Origin: Octopus vulgaris
Taxonomy: Eukaryota
NCBI GenBank assembly: GCA_951406725.2
Contig: OX597816.1
Location: 54,250,001 to 54,314,000, forward strand
Direction of reading: 5' to 3'
DNA: 64,000 nucleotides
Below are positions 14,508 to 29,049 of this stretch, piece after piece. Numbering within the stretch: position 1 is the first letter of the stretch; each line of letters opens with the position of its first letter. A model generated the notes under the pieces. It was not told the DNA's origin and did no database searches. It saw only the letters and a list, made by a program, of their open reading frames with translations. The translations under genes and the position numbers were made by a program.

Positions 14508-16276
14508 TGACAGTGTTTGCGAGCATGTTAATGTTGGTGCTCGATGAACAATAAAGTGCGCGCGAATGCAACTAACCGTACACGTTCCATAACAACACGT
14601 CCATAAGATTGTGTTGCTATGTAAACCCACGTTACAAACGTGCAACTACATTCACAGTTCGAATGAAGCACGATTTGTTTTTACCTTTATTAAGATCGGA
14701 GATGTGATATTGCATTCCATGTAATGATTGTCAAGTCAAAATAACGGAAGAGAAAGAAAAAATCCCGTTTTACAACAAACAAAGAGAAATTCGTGGAGAT
14801 AAAGCAGATGTCAATGTGTAGGCGTGCATGTGTGTGCATAGAATGCACTGCTGTACCGATTCCTCTGCATGCGTGTGCATTGCTTGAAAGTAACTTTAAT
14901 TCTTCGTTTTTCTCAAAGACAACAACAAAAACACGCAACTTTTATTTGAATAATGTTAAGTGTTTGTGTAAAAAAGAGAATTAATTAGAAAGGTATCATG
15001 GCTAAGGATGTCGGTGTTTGAATTGCAGAGAAAAGCGGATATTTAACGAACAAAGGTTTTATGGTTGAGGGTTTATCAAGGCTCCATGTTTGAGGGATCT
15101 GTGTTTACATGTGACAGAGTAAAAATAAGAATTAGCAAGGAAAGGCTCCATATTTGAGGGGTTCGTGCTTGTATGTCATAGACTATTTCTAGCAGGGAAC
15201 TAACAAGCAGATCACGAGTCAACGACAGAACCTCTACGCGGTTTCTCAGTCTGCTAGAAACAACAACCAAATTTTTCTCAAACCCCACATTAATGTCTTT
15301 AAAAAGGACACACTGGACAATGTAGAGCGAGTGAAGTTATTCCTGAAAATAGATGGAATTGTCATGGCTTGAATGCCTTTGTAGTTTCGCGTTGTGTCTA
15401 AGCAACAACAATAGCATCAAAGAAAAATATCATCATGACAAAGAAGAATTCCGGTGAGGATAAAATCGAAAATGACAAGGGATGATATATGAGAGTAATC
15501 CACTGTGATAGAAGGTAGTGGTGGTCAGTTGTAGTGACCAGCAGGGAAAACACCATCAGTTTACGTCGAGCTCACTCCTAACATTCATAGCTAATGTTAA
15601 AAACCTTTCCTACACAAACACTGCAACTAGGATTTCTCGGGGCCAACTACAGATTCTCAAAACAGTTTTAGCAGCCTCCCTACTTTCCACATCATAAAAA
15701 TACATTCAAAGCCGCGCTCACCGACTCTAAGTGCGTGCTGTGTCTGTGTGTGCGAGCGCGCACGTGCATTTTTTTTTTTAAATAAATATTTCCACTTACT
15801 GCATTATTGAATAGTGGTCCACAGACTGATGGCTTCTATTGAAAATACTCCAGTGTAATTGTAGCGAGCTAGCAGCAACCATTTAGCGGCGTAGCAGTCA
15901 TCTGCTAGCCTTTGCGAGATAGCACAAGTGCTACTCGTTACAAACTGAAAGCCAACTCCCTGCGATGTCACGTGACAAGCTCTAACATTTTGTACGGAAC
16001 GTCATAGAGACAGAAAAATCAATCAGCGCTGAACCAATAACACCATCAATATCACTTCAACAGTAGTTTTCATCTGTAAGGTTTTATTATTCACCCACCA
16101 CCATACTTTATGTTTGTTTAACTTGGTGACATCAAAGATGTTAGGGGCATTGTCTTAGATATTCATCGTCTTTCTCCCACCCTTCCCTTGTGAGTGTGTA
16201 TATATGTTTGCGTGTGTATGTTTGTGTTTTTTCACGTATACAAGTTTTTTTTATCCGTCCATCCATCCATCCATCC

Positions 16277-16348
<72 letters not shown>

Positions 16349-16376
16349 GTCTGTCTGTCTGTCTGTCTGTCTGTCC

Positions 16377-16434
<58 letters not shown>

Positions 16435-16465
16435 GTCTGTCTGTCTGTCCATGTCTGTCTGTCTA

Positions 16466-16539
<74 letters not shown>

Positions 16540-16541
<2 letters not shown>

Positions 16542-16960
16542 ATTTCTTTATTGCCCACAAGGGGCTAAACATAGAGGGGACAAACAAGGACAGACAGAGG
16601 GATTAAGTCGATTACATCGATCCCAGTTCGTAACTGGTACTTAATTTATCGACCCCAAAAGGATGAAAGGCAAAGCATACCTCGGCGGAATTTGAACTCA
16701 GAACGTAGCGGCAGACGAAATACCTATTTCTTTACTACCCACAAGGGGCTAAACATAGAGGAGACAAACAAGGACAGACAAACAGACGGATTAAGTCGAT
16801 TATATTGACCCTAGTGCGTAACTGATACTTAATTTATCGACCCCGAAAGGATGAAAGGCAAAGTCGAATTCGGCAGAATTTGAACTCAGGACGTAATGAC
16901 AGACGAAATACGGCTAAGCACTTCGGCCGGCATACTAACGTTTCTGCCAGCTCGCCTCCT
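16540..16960 (-). mobile_element. tRNA-derived SINE family B, dimeric form, within a (TATC)n array
   Basis: Minus-strand head GGCGAGCTGGCAGAAACGTTAG, B box GAGTTCAAATTC, Nin-like core GCCTTTCATCCTTTCGGGGTCGATAAATTAAGTA; 3' two-thirds repeated in tandem. Confidence 0.9.
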
Positions 16961-16962
16961 TA

Positions 16963-17042
<80 letters not shown>

Positions 17043-17104
17043 AGGAAGCATATATATACACGTGTACATATATATTTAAACATATATGCACGTATATCTT
17101 TTAT

Positions 17105-17490
17105 CTTTTATCGTTTACTTGTTTTAGTCATTAGACTTCGGCCATGCTGGATCACCGCCTTGAAGGGTTTTAGGCAAAGGAATTGGCCCCAGGACTTATT
17201 TTCTAAGCTTGGTACTCATTTTATCGGTTTCTTTTGCCGAACCTTTAAGTTATAGGAATGCAAACATGCCAACACCGGTTGTCAAGCGCTGGTGTGGTTG
17301 GGGGACAAACACACAAAAACACACGCACATATAGATATGCATTCAGAGATACATATACACAACGGGCTTCTTTCAGTTTCAGTTTACCAAATCCACTTAC
17401 AAGGCTTTGGTCGGCCTGGGGCTATAGCAGAAGACACTTTGCCCAAGATGTCTCGCAGTGGGACTGAATCCGGAACCATGTGTTTGAGAA
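17105..17490 (-). mobile_element. tRNA-derived SINE family A (5'-truncated)
   Basis: Reverse complement of the 31231-31625 element. Confidence 0.88.
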
Positions 17491-17506
17491 TCATTCGATA
17501 TATATA

Positions 17507-17978
17507 CGAGGTCTGATCAATAAGTATCTGGTATGTTTCCATAGTAACGAAGCTAAAGCACGGAGTGAAACCGCTTGACACAGATTTACCTTGAACTCTG
17601 CTGTGCATGTGCACTGAGTTTTAACGTTCTAGCTCACTTCCGCTGTCAGCAGCAGTGCTTGGAAGAAAGGTGTGTAGCGTGTGATCGTCGCATTGACCCT
17701 GACAGGGAAAGTTGTCTTAGCGATACCTGCTCAAGCCAGGCTTTTGGCAAAATTTGATGCAGATTCTCTACTCAACTTTCTCCATCATGGTCAATGCGAG
17801 GGTCACACGTTACACACGTCCCTTCCAAGCACTGCTGTAAACAGCAGAAGTGAGCTAGAACGTTAAAACTTAGTGCGAATGCACAGCACAGACCAAGGTC
17901 AATCTGTACCAAGCAGCCTCACTCTCCGTACTTTAGCTTCGTTACTATGGCCACAGTCCGTATACTTATTGATCAACC
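17507..17978. mobile_element. mariner-derived MITE with ~190-bp inverted arms
   Basis: TA|CGAGGTCTGATCAATAAGTAT mirrors ATACTTATTGATCAACC; the centre encodes MMEKVE*RICIKFCQK on the minus strand (mariner transposase N-terminus). Confidence 0.9.
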
Positions 17979-18339
17979 AATGCAAAGTTTAAAAAAATAA
18001 ATAAACGAGAAGAAATCGAACCGGTGAGTTCGTTAAGAAATAAGGCAATAAAAGAGAATGGGTCTTCCCAGACACAATAACATATATATATATATACACA
18101 CACACATATATATATAATGGAGAGGTTAATCAATCGACAAACATCAGCCTATAAACATTCATTTGGATCTATTTATTAATTAATTACAATCCTATGTATA
18201 TATGTATAAGTAATCAAAATAAACAAATAAACAAGTAAAAAGATAAATAAAAATAAATAAATGAATAAGGATAAATGAGTAAAAATTATAGTAGTATATT
18301 GGATATTTATTATCCCTGAGATGGTTGCTTAACCTCTAA

Positions 18340-18406
<67 letters not shown>

Positions 18407-18412
<6 letters not shown>

Positions 18413-18537
18413 GTAAAGAGTGAAAAAACGACAGAAGGTTTAAATATTAAAAAATATATATATTTGCGTCAATATGTCTGAAGAATATTAGAAAATTAAA
18501 AAAAAAAATTTTTTTTCTCTTATAATGACATAATTTA
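18407..18537 (-). mobile_element. 131-bp 3'-terminal fragment of the Penelope-like family at 57.3-60.2 kb
   Basis: Near-identical to 57300-57430 (AAAATAGTAAAGAGTGAAAAAACGACAGAA...TATAATGACATAATTTA); abuts (TA)n. Confidence 0.92.
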
Positions 18538-18550
18538 TCTATCTATCTAC

Positions 18551-18582
<32 letters not shown>

Positions 18583-19712
18583 ATATATATATTAAAGCAG
18601 GAAAAAAAAGCCAAACAATTTGGCAAGTTTGGCATAACATAACCTCTAACTCATATATATTTAAAAGCAGAAGAAAAAGCCAAACAATTTGGCAAGTTTG
18701 GCATAACTGTACTGACTACACCTGGGAATCGAAACCGGTGCGAAGAATTGACTCAGCTGTGACCCAATGTCTCTTTATGGTTATCTCTTCCTTTGCAGAA
18801 TATCAGAGTAAACAGTGACGCTTTGGTGGGTGAGACATTAACAATTAAACAAATTAGACTAGGGAAGAGCTTTGATCTGCTAAAAAGAGCAGCCAAATTT
18901 CCCACATAGGAGATCCTACCTTTCTTTTAAATCGGACCAATTCAATAATGTAATCCAAGATACACTACTCCTAAAAAAAAAAAAGAAACGAGATGGTCAT
19001 GGCTTCAATGCATCTTGTCATACGCCTGTTGGATCTGAACAGATTTCGGGTTAAACTACACCGTCATCATAACCACCACCGCCATCACCAACACCATTGC
19101 CACCTTCACCATCAACGACAACAACGATAACAGCTAACTTTTGTGCTTATCGGGTTAATATTTTACCTACAGTATATCTGCAAAAGAAACTGCTTCCAGG
19201 TGTAGCAATCTGTGTCTATTTTCAGAATCCATACAGAAGAAAATGGAGCTCAGCAATGCTTCAATAACCCCTTTACCACATTTATACAACCTCTTCATGT
19301 TTCTCAATTTACATACGATCCCTGTACAAGTAATTCCTTTACACGGAACAACCCTGTTAACGCTTGACTGACTGGTTCAGTGGAGATGAGAGCAACAACT
19401 ACGGCGCCGACATCGCACGTCTTCACCTGAAAATACCGCTTCTTAACCTAAAATAATAAATTTGTACTCTTGAGCGTCCACACATTTTCTCATTTCTTGA
19501 GACTAGTTTTGCATGAAATAGATTTAATTTTGGCAAATTCAATCGTATGTTTTAAGGGAAATTTTCAAGAAATGGAAGGAGCGGGTCATTTAGGGAATAT
19601 TAGAACCATATAAAAATTAATGCAATATTTATACATACATACTCAGGGGAAGGTTTATGATAATTAAAAAGTAAAAGAGACACATACATACATACATACA
19701 TACATAAATACA

Positions 19713-19744
<32 letters not shown>

Positions 19745-19764
19745 AAAAAGAAACTGTGTGCAGG

Positions 19765-20440
19765 GGATGATAACATAAAGTTGAAGATCAGCGAAAAAGA
19801 AAATACCTATGCTGAAGTATTGAGAAATCTGTAGTTACTCTATCCGGAGTACAAGTTCAGGTTTATACCTGTAATTATTGGGGCACTCAGATATGTAACA
19901 CTGCCTAAATACCAATCTTCAGAAATTAGGCTTCTCAAAACCAGAAAGGAGAAAGCTGATTCGAAGACTTACAGATCCAATCCATCATAGGAACTGAAAA
20001 TATCTGTAAAACTTTCTGGAGGTTTATCATTTAAATATATATGAACATGTCTAGATGTGCAAGTATATGCATGAGAATACATACATAAAACAAAACATAC
20101 AAATCTGCACATATATATACCTACATACATACAAACATACGCACATACATACATATACATACATACGTACATACATACATACGTACATACATACGTACAT
20201 ACATACATACGTACATACATACATATGTATATACATACGTACATACAGACATACGTACATACATACATACATACGTACATACATACATACATACATACAT
20301 ACATACATACATACATACTTAGAAACAAAAATACCCTGTTGTTGATGTTCAAATTCCAATGAAGGAGCCTTGGATCTAGGTTAGAAACCGGCTCTTTCTC
20401 TATTGGCAAGAAATCTTCAAATAAAACTGGACAATGATAC
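19765..20440 (+). mobile_element. R4/Dong-like 3' fragment plus 3' UTR (same family as 22340-23700)
   Basis: NIKLKISEKENTY..RFIPVIIGAL; shares TGGATCTAGGTTAGAAACYGGYTCTTTCTCTATTGGCAAGAAATC with 23630-23680; (TACA)n upstream and inside. Confidence 0.85.
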
Positions 20441-20599
20441 ACACATACACACACACGCGCGCTCGCACACACACACGTACGTACATACATACATACACAC
20501 ACATACATATATATTCTTTTATTCTTTTCCATGTTTTAGCACTTAGGCTATGGCCATGCTGGAGCATTACCAGTGTAAACACCCCTTCATTGGCCTATT

Positions 20600-21100
20600 T
20601 TATATGAAGGAGGCTTTTGCTGCCGCCCTCCTTTGAGTCTTCTCCTCTGATAATGGTTCATCTGGGACTTTGGGTAGCAGGAGGTAAAGTTGTTTCTTGA
20701 AAACATCTACTCTTGCTCCATGAAGACTCTTCACAAGTTTTTAGCAAGACATGAAATGGCTGTAGGCTTTTGAATCCCAATCTATAGCTGTACATGATCT
20801 TCACTCTAGACGGGATATCTGGGACCTTTTTGGAACAGTGAAGTGACGTCCAGTTCGGGAGCGATACAGCTTTCGATACCAAAATTTGGTGCCAGCCCTT
20901 CTAGGATTTTCCCGTCTTCATTCCAGGGAGTAGAGTCAATGTCCTTTCAGTCTCTCTCAGTAGCTCAGCTGTTCCATTGATGCAATCTTCCTGGTGTAAC
21001 ATCGCTGAAATGTCTCTAGTTCTGCCTTTACTTGGACACTGCAGGGTGACCACAGTTAAGATCAGTAGTCCGGACGTCTGAGTACATATCACCATCTTGG
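20600..21100 (-). mobile_element. CR1-like LINE 3' fragment
   Basis: Minus strand reads LETFQRCYTRKIASMEQLSY*ERLK...LYSLE*RRE. Confidence 0.75.
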
Positions 21101-21564
21101 TGATATGCATGTGAAACGAGGCACCGTTGTTCATCCATAAAAAAAATATATATAAACTTACACACATTTATGCGTACATATAGACAGACATACACATATA
21201 CATACAAACTGACATACACACATGCAACCCCACCCCTCATATATTTGCAAACGTACATATATGCACACATACATTCATGCATGTATGCAAACACAGACAT
21301 ATGTACATATCTATTAAGAAACACGCGTAGACACACACGCATATATATGTAAGCATACAAACATGCATACACACATACATATGTGTGTGTGTGTGTGTTT
21401 GTGTGTGTGTATATGTATACACATACATACAAACAAACATGTTTATATGTATATACATTATATGTATACATACCTGAATGGGTGCATACACATGCATATA
21501 ATATATATATATGTATGCATATATACATATATATACATAATTATACATACATACATATATATGT

Positions 21565-21910
21565 GATGATGGCCGTCCACTCGTGGCCGAGGAAGACCAT
21601 TGCCGACCTTCAGGAACATTGTGTGCTCTAGGACTAACTTATATTTTGCATTTGCGGCTCCGTTGGTTGTTAATGAGCCCTGCATACACGACTGCAAACA
21701 TTACAGACGAAGCTTTCCCCATTCACCATACGAGCCGTGCGCCTTCGCGCAGCACGCTTAAGTTCTTCATGCTGGATACGTGCTCTCTCAAAAGTGTCGA
21801 TCCCCTCCTTAACCTGCTTCCTCCATCTGTGGCGATGACAGGCATTGTTCTCCTAGTCAGTGTCCTGCATATCACAGGCCTTTAATGAGGACTTGACACA
21901 GTCCTTAAAT
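21565..21910 (-). mobile_element. RTE-like LINE 3' fragment
   Basis: Minus strand reads RHRWRKQVKEGIDTFERAR...FVCNVCSRVC; ends in a short CATCATCA tail. Confidence 0.7.
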
Positions 21911-21921
21911 CTTTATGTGTA

Positions 21922-22081
<160 letters not shown>

Positions 22082-22339
22082 CTTATCTTTCTCTCTCTCT
22101 CTCTCTCTGTATATAGACATACATACATACATACATACATACATACATACATACATACATACATACATACATACATACCAGGAAATAGAAATACCAGAAT
22201 TACACATTGTTTCTTTGTGGATGGCTAAAATTTTCTGCAAAGAATATGCATGAGATGAAAAAGAGCCTTGATCCAGTTGCAACATACTCAAAGGATGTAA
22301 GGTTGGAGATTGGTCAGGATAAATGTTGTTATATGATTT

Positions 22340-23700
22340 GACTGTCCCCACTGTATCTGACGAGGAATGTTACAGGTATCTAAGGGTGGATGAAAATATA
22401 TCTTACAATGGCACCTGTAACAAAACATGTATCACTAAAGAATATTACATGCGAATAAAGAACATTTCGACCTCAGAACTCTCTGCATACAATAAAACAG
22501 TGGCGCACAATGTGTTTGCAGTGTCATTACTCATACCAACATTTGGGCTGCTTGATTGGACACTTGATGAGATTCGAGCCATTGATGTGAAAACCCGGAA
22601 AATACTATCAAGCACACAAATTTCCAGATAAGCAGTGATGTAGACCGCCGCTACCTAAAACGCAAACAAGGCAGCAGAGGCTTAACATCGATCCAAACTG
22701 CCTTTGAATGTCGCACAATATCCCTTCGGCAACATCTTTTAACTACAAAATGTCGAAGTGTATCCCTTGACCAAGTTTGCATACATGTAGCTGATAACAT
22801 CATAAGACTTGGAAGGCAGTTCCTTGAGCAACACTTTTTGTTTGATAACCCAAAATACATGTCCAAAGAAGTCGTCCGACTCTACCGAAAAGTAAAGTAT
22901 CATCAGATGAAAGGATGAGCCTCTATGAGCAGAAGACTATGCATGGATATGTTAGAAAGCTCCGTGATGATAGTTACATGGATCATCAAAGCAGTTCCTC
23001 ATGGACCAATAGCCGGATTATTACCTCCCACTTTGAGGGGTATGAAATATCAAGCAAGTACCTGATGCACAAAAGAGATAGAGATGCAGGAAAAGCAGTA
23101 AAATGCGATAACCAATGCAGACTTTGTGGAGTCCACACTAAAGATATCACCCATATCATAAGCAGTTGTCTGAAAATGTCATTACGGCTTTATCTACCGA
23201 TGAGACAAGACGTTGTAGCTAGGACACTCTATAATGAAATCCGTCGGAAGGATAAACCCGAGGACAAAGAAATAAGAAACCACAATATAGTAGAAGCCAT
23301 TGCCACTCATAATAAAAAGGAATACTAGTGAAATGCACCAGTGAAGATCTCAATAAAATGTAAGCACAACAGACCTGATATAATGATTTGGGATAGAGAA
23401 GAGAAACTGTGTACAGTTGTGGAAATTAGCTGCCCAGTGGATGCTAACATAAAGCTGAAGATCAGTGAGAAATAGAAGATTTGCAGTTACTCTATCCAGA
23501 ATACAAATTCAGGTTTATACCTGTAATATTTGGGACCCTAGGTTATGTAACACACTGCCTAAATATGAATCTGAGAGATTAGGCTTCTCAAAACCAGAAA
23601 GAAGAAAGCTAATTCGATGACTACAGATCCCTGGATCTAGGTTAGAAACTGGTTCTTTCTCTATTGGCAAGAAATCATGAAATAATATGAGTAATGATGT
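22340..23700 (+). mobile_element. R4/Dong-like retrotransposon, 3' third (RT thumb, CCHC, RLE), degenerate
   Basis: YRYLRVDE, NVFAVSLLIPTFG..WT...IDVKTRK, SDVDRRYLKRKQG.RGL, CRLC...ITHIISSC, RQDVVA, HNRPDIMIWD..VVEISCP. Confidence 0.88.
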
Positions 23701-23743
23701 ACATACGTACGTACGTACATACATACATACATACATACATACA

Positions 23744-23776
<33 letters not shown>

Positions 23777-26700
23777 GCATACATGCATACATACATACAT
23801 ACATACATACATGCATACATACATACATACATACATACATACCCGTTGTTGATGTTGAATAAAACTGAATAATGACATACATACATACATGCATACGTGC
23901 ATGCATAACATACATGCATGCATACATATATACATGTATATATACATATATGCATGTATGATCCTCAAAGGAACGCTCATCTCCCCGTGATCTTTTATGT
24001 GACCTCAGAATAGTTTGAAAGATCTGGTAACGAAACACTCTGGTTACCACAAAAATGCTATGCCTAGGTAATGTTTTCCTTTCCACCAATCCAAGAGCTG
24101 GAGATAACTTCGAAGTCCCAAATGAGCAAAGGAGACAGTGAAGCGACAGAAAATATCGATTATACGATATATCTGTGGAATATCTTTTAGCAGCTCTTAC
24201 AAAAGTGTCATCAACGTATTGTAACAAGATGCTGGTAAAACAATATATAATGCCATCTGTAGCATGGGCTGTTCTGGAATAAATGGAGACATTTTCTTTG
24301 TTTTTGATTATATATTAACACAAGAAATATCGGTGGAGCATTCCAATCAACACTCTCAAATGCAAAGATAAGGGATTTGTTGTTTGTTAATGTAGAGTGA
24401 GAGAGGTCAGCTCTCCGGCAAATTTGAACAATTTTTCCAAAATCGGTGAAAATGAGAAGCTTTATAGATAGCTATTTCGAAATCTGCAGTTCCTTTACTT
24501 TCATTATAAATTCACAATTAGCTTTGTTAATATTCAAGTGACAATCTGGAAAAACTAAGATTTTCAAGGAAGGAAGGAGAACAGCCAACACAAACTTCAC
24601 AAGCACAGTAAAACCATTTAGGATAAATACATAGCACTTACCATTGTTTCTTTTGTAGAAACCAATTCCTTCAAGAGAGGAATAATTCAGATAATTAAAA
24701 GCAAGAAATAGCACATTTATGATGGCTGTTCATTCACTAGACGAATCTAAACATCACCGACGATTAGCGAATATAAAGAAGGAAATCCTCCAAAAATTGT
24801 CAGTAATGATTGTTTGAAATTTAAGTGGAGAACAGCTTGTACAATACTTCAGCAAGTGTCATTGACAAAGCCAAAGAGCGCAGAGAAGCGTCGAAATAGG
24901 TCGTTAACAGGAAACTTTCATCGTGAGACTTAACAAATAACGAAATTTTCAGATACAATAAGCAAGGGTACAGACTTTACTGTGAGCTACCATTCTCGAG
25001 TTAAATGCATGAAGTGGTTGTAATGTCATCTTAAATTATATCGCAAAGATATATTTCAAGGGGACAGTCCCTCCTTACGGCTGTTTATGTTTTCACTGGT
25101 TGTGATAGACAATGCATGTTGGGAGAGTAACCCAGGGGGATCATCCGCCTCCAGCCAGCCAGAGTGAGAGAGAGAGAGAGAGGGAGAGAGAGAGAGAGAG
25201 AGAGATGTTGGAAAGAGGTGGATGGAGGGAAGGAGAGGTAGTGTGAGAGAGAGAGCGAGAGAAAACTAATAATCGCTGTGATTTGAACTCAGAATGCAGG
25301 GATTTTATCCGATGCTCCGTTGGTTCCCCTATACACATTGCATGACATGTTACCTCAACTGAGAACACTGTAAACTGTCCCCACATGCTTTACACTATCC
25401 CCTAACTTCTTCATATTTCGGGTTCTTTCTTTCATGTTCTCATTCTATACTTCCTTCTAAAGATCATCAGAACTTCGTCAAAAGTTAATTACAGGCTTTA
25501 TTAATACAATCTTGAAATCTACAATAAAACATGTTCACTAAAATATACTTCTTAAAATATGTTTATTTATAATATCTGTTCACTGAAAGATCTGTTAATT
25601 TTTTATATCTGTTCACTAAAATAAATGTTCATTAAAATGCCAGCGCTTTAAGAAAGTTATTTTAAACGAAGATAACATTTTGAATTCAGTGGAACTGGTG
25701 ATAATTAGTGTCGGCAAATATCAGTGAATATGAAATTATGGCATTTAATAAAGTAGATTTGCTATGGAGATTGCAGAGTATAACGTTACATCATCATGGT
25801 CCGTCGTGAATGAAGAAATTAGGATTAAACCTGAAGATGAGGGATGGATTAAGAGGATAATTAAGAAGATAATTAAGTGTCGAGGGTTAGATGGCTTGCA
25901 TGAAGATGAGAAACCAATGAGACGAATAAAAACGTTTCACCGGAAGATAGACATTCCTGATATTAGCACGAAAAGCAATACAGTTAAAGTAACAAGTCAA
26001 TGCATTGAAGTGAGAAAGTAATATCCCATATCACTTAGAATTTCAGAGACAATAGCAGCTGAAATCATTGTAGGAAGGAAGGAAGGTATGGGATTGGAAG
26101 AAGGGCAAAGTGATAGAAGATTTCATTTCAATTGGAACTATTCAATTTCTTTAAGTATATTTACGATTGCATTAGCCAAAGTGACATTCCTTTTTCAAGA
26201 TCGGAGAGTATAATTTGTGTGTGGTTTGGTTGTTATTTCTAGGGAGTCAATAAACCATCTCATGACCATCGAATGACCGCATCTTACTGTTTATAATGAT
26301 TAAGTGAAACATACACCAGTTGGGGAAGTCACCATGTAAGGTTAAATTGTTTTGAGAGCCAACTGTTGCAATAAGATTTCATTTCAGGATATGCAAAACC
26401 ATTTCACAGTCTAATATCTTCCCATTTGGAATTGTGAGGTGTTGTAGCTAAAGGAGAAATTACTGTTATTAACGTTTGACAGAATATTTGAGTGTAAGAG
26501 GAATAAAGCTCCAGATTTTCTTGATCTTTCGCTAAGTGGGCTGCCTTCAACTGGAGATTGCGTACGTGCACTTTATTGCAGGTTCCACATTCTTGTACAT
26601 CTTTTAAGTCTTTTATACAAGTAATGTGCTCAGAGTAAATGCTTTCTTATGATTTATAATCCAAATTATGAAGATTAAAGCAAAATTGTTTCTTACAAAA

Positions 26701-29049
26701 TTACTTTTTAATTAATGACAAATGGTTCATAGAAACTTCACTTTGTAACTATTTTCCATTTTTTAGATAAATAATATTGAGTTGTACAAACTGCAGGTCA
26801 TCTAATGAAATGCTGTAGAAGATTTGAACCTGGAAACCATCGCCTCGCTATCCTTAAAACAAATAACGAAAGATGTTGAAATTTCTATAGATTTTTGAAG
26901 GCAACTGTTTAATAATTATAAATGGTTTTTATTCCATTTATAATTTTATTTGAAAAGATCCACTAGTTGAAATGTTTCGAAAAATAATCATTGAATAATT
27001 AGGAAACGATATATGTTTTTTTTTCTCCATTATATAATCTCATTCAGCTTTGTATTAAATTCACTCTTTTAGAATCAGACAAAGGAAATTCGGCGGTGTG
27101 TGTGCGTGCGCGCGCTATCTGGACATTAATACACAACAATACCAATTGCTGATTGCATTTTATTTATTTCTTTTTCCTGGATAATTGATATTATTCGTTG
27201 GATATAAAGTCAACAGATTAAAAACAAGTACAAAAACAGTTTGCATTAACACAATTAGAAGCCAAGACACGATGAGTTTTTCTCAGAGGAAAAAAATCCC
27301 CTTATAACATCAAATATATTATTAATTCAATGAGATTCTTTTATTCATAACAATTGATATAAAGTCTGTTTTTGTTTTATGCATAATTTATAGTTAATTG
27401 AATTTGGTATTTGATGAGAGCTGCCAGTTTTGCCAAGACCGCTACAATTGGGCTGTTATTATTTTCTGTATTTCTAATCTAAATTCAGTTTTATTTTTTG
27501 AAATTTGGATAAATATGTATGAAACATTTCGTGTCTAAATTTCAATAAAAAAACACAATTGAGTTAGAATCAAATATTAGGTTATAAATTATGTCTGTTC
27601 TGCTGATTAAATTTGCCGAATATAGAGCAAATTTCCAAGCGAAAAAAAAAAAAAAAAGAAACGAAATGGAATAATAGAGAGGTTTTGTTATGACTGGCAA
27701 GCGTACCTCCGTGACGAGGAACTGTCACCATAGAGGGCAGCAGGTGTGATAGTAATGGACATGAGATTCGTTGAGTGACCTGAGAGGGTGCTGTGCATTT
27801 ATATTTGTAGATTAGTAGATTAGTGATACATTATAGTATTTCTCTGTTTAACACGACACATTTTACAATGGTTTCATAAGAACACAAAATCACAAAACAT
27901 TTTTTTTATTGCTTCCAAACATTTTTGAAGCACGAAACCAAAACAAAAAATTGACCAAACATTCAGGGTCCCAGTCTCGACTTTTCGAGACAATAAAGAA
28001 CCGCTATGTCTGCTGAGCAGTGAAGGGAAATAACAAAACAAAAACAAAAATAAAACAACAAAAACAATTCCCCTCCTCCACCAAAAAAATCACTCGCTTT
28101 ATATCGACTTCATCTCAGTCATCCTTGTAAAACAAACATAAGAATTTGATTTGATTGAATTCCCTGGAGACATAGAGAACGGAAAGATAATATTTCAGAT
28201 CTGTAAATCTGTTGACAACTGATTAGAGTGAGGATAAGTGAATATTATCGATTAAATTATTAATCAATTTTGCAATAATTTAGATCTCCTTTATCGAAGT
28301 ATTTGTCAGTTTCAGCATTGTTGCCAGGTTATAAACCACCCCACCCCCGCTTCGCTCTTGACACGTTTGCACAATTCACAACTGTTAAATATTACTGAAT
28401 GTAATTTGATCAAATCATTGTTTAGTGAATGTGCAAATTAAAGGAATATAACTTCTTGTCAAATGAATCCGACCAGGCACTCATATCAATTATTGTAATT
28501 CCACGCTTCCGTAGGCTAAGACTAATTAGTGACTAAAATTGGCTGATCAAATAGTCTCCGCCCACCATGGAAGTGATGGCATCTATAACCTATTCCAGAC
28601 TTCATATACCATAAATATTCAACGATGTATACCTACAATAACACACATTTCACACTGTCGAGGTGATGGTCTCTATAAACTATTCTAGACTTCATCTTCC
28701 ATAAATATTTAACCATGCATGCTTACAATAAAACAGTTTTTTTTTAGTTTTACTAAATAATTGGTGTTTTTCTCTCTGAAAATAAAACAGGAAGATTCGA
28801 AACAGGAGGTAGACATGTTTTTCTACAATGATCAAAACCAGCTTTGCATCTAACTTCACACGCCACACCCCAGATAAATTGCTCAAAAATGGTCTATTCC
28901 ATCTCACCAGGCCCACCACCACGTACAACAAATGTTAAAAGGCTTGTGACATGCTTTCCACTATCTCCAGACAGTATAACTCCACCTCTAGCCTTGATTG
29001 TTATCAAACTTGATTTCAAATCATCAAAACCCCAACTCGTATCACAAAG

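Noticed and set aside
18708-18742. Hammerhead-like CTGACTA...GAAACCGGT
   Set aside because: G8 is lost, stem II does not pair and there is no UH triplet; at best a decayed relic
19227-19330. Possible exon (TTTTCAG ... GTAATT)
   Set aside because: Translation resembles no known protein; such splice-like sites are common by chance
24230-26200. Possible ancient DNA-transposase remnants
   Set aside because: Too degenerate to assign motifs or boundaries by eye
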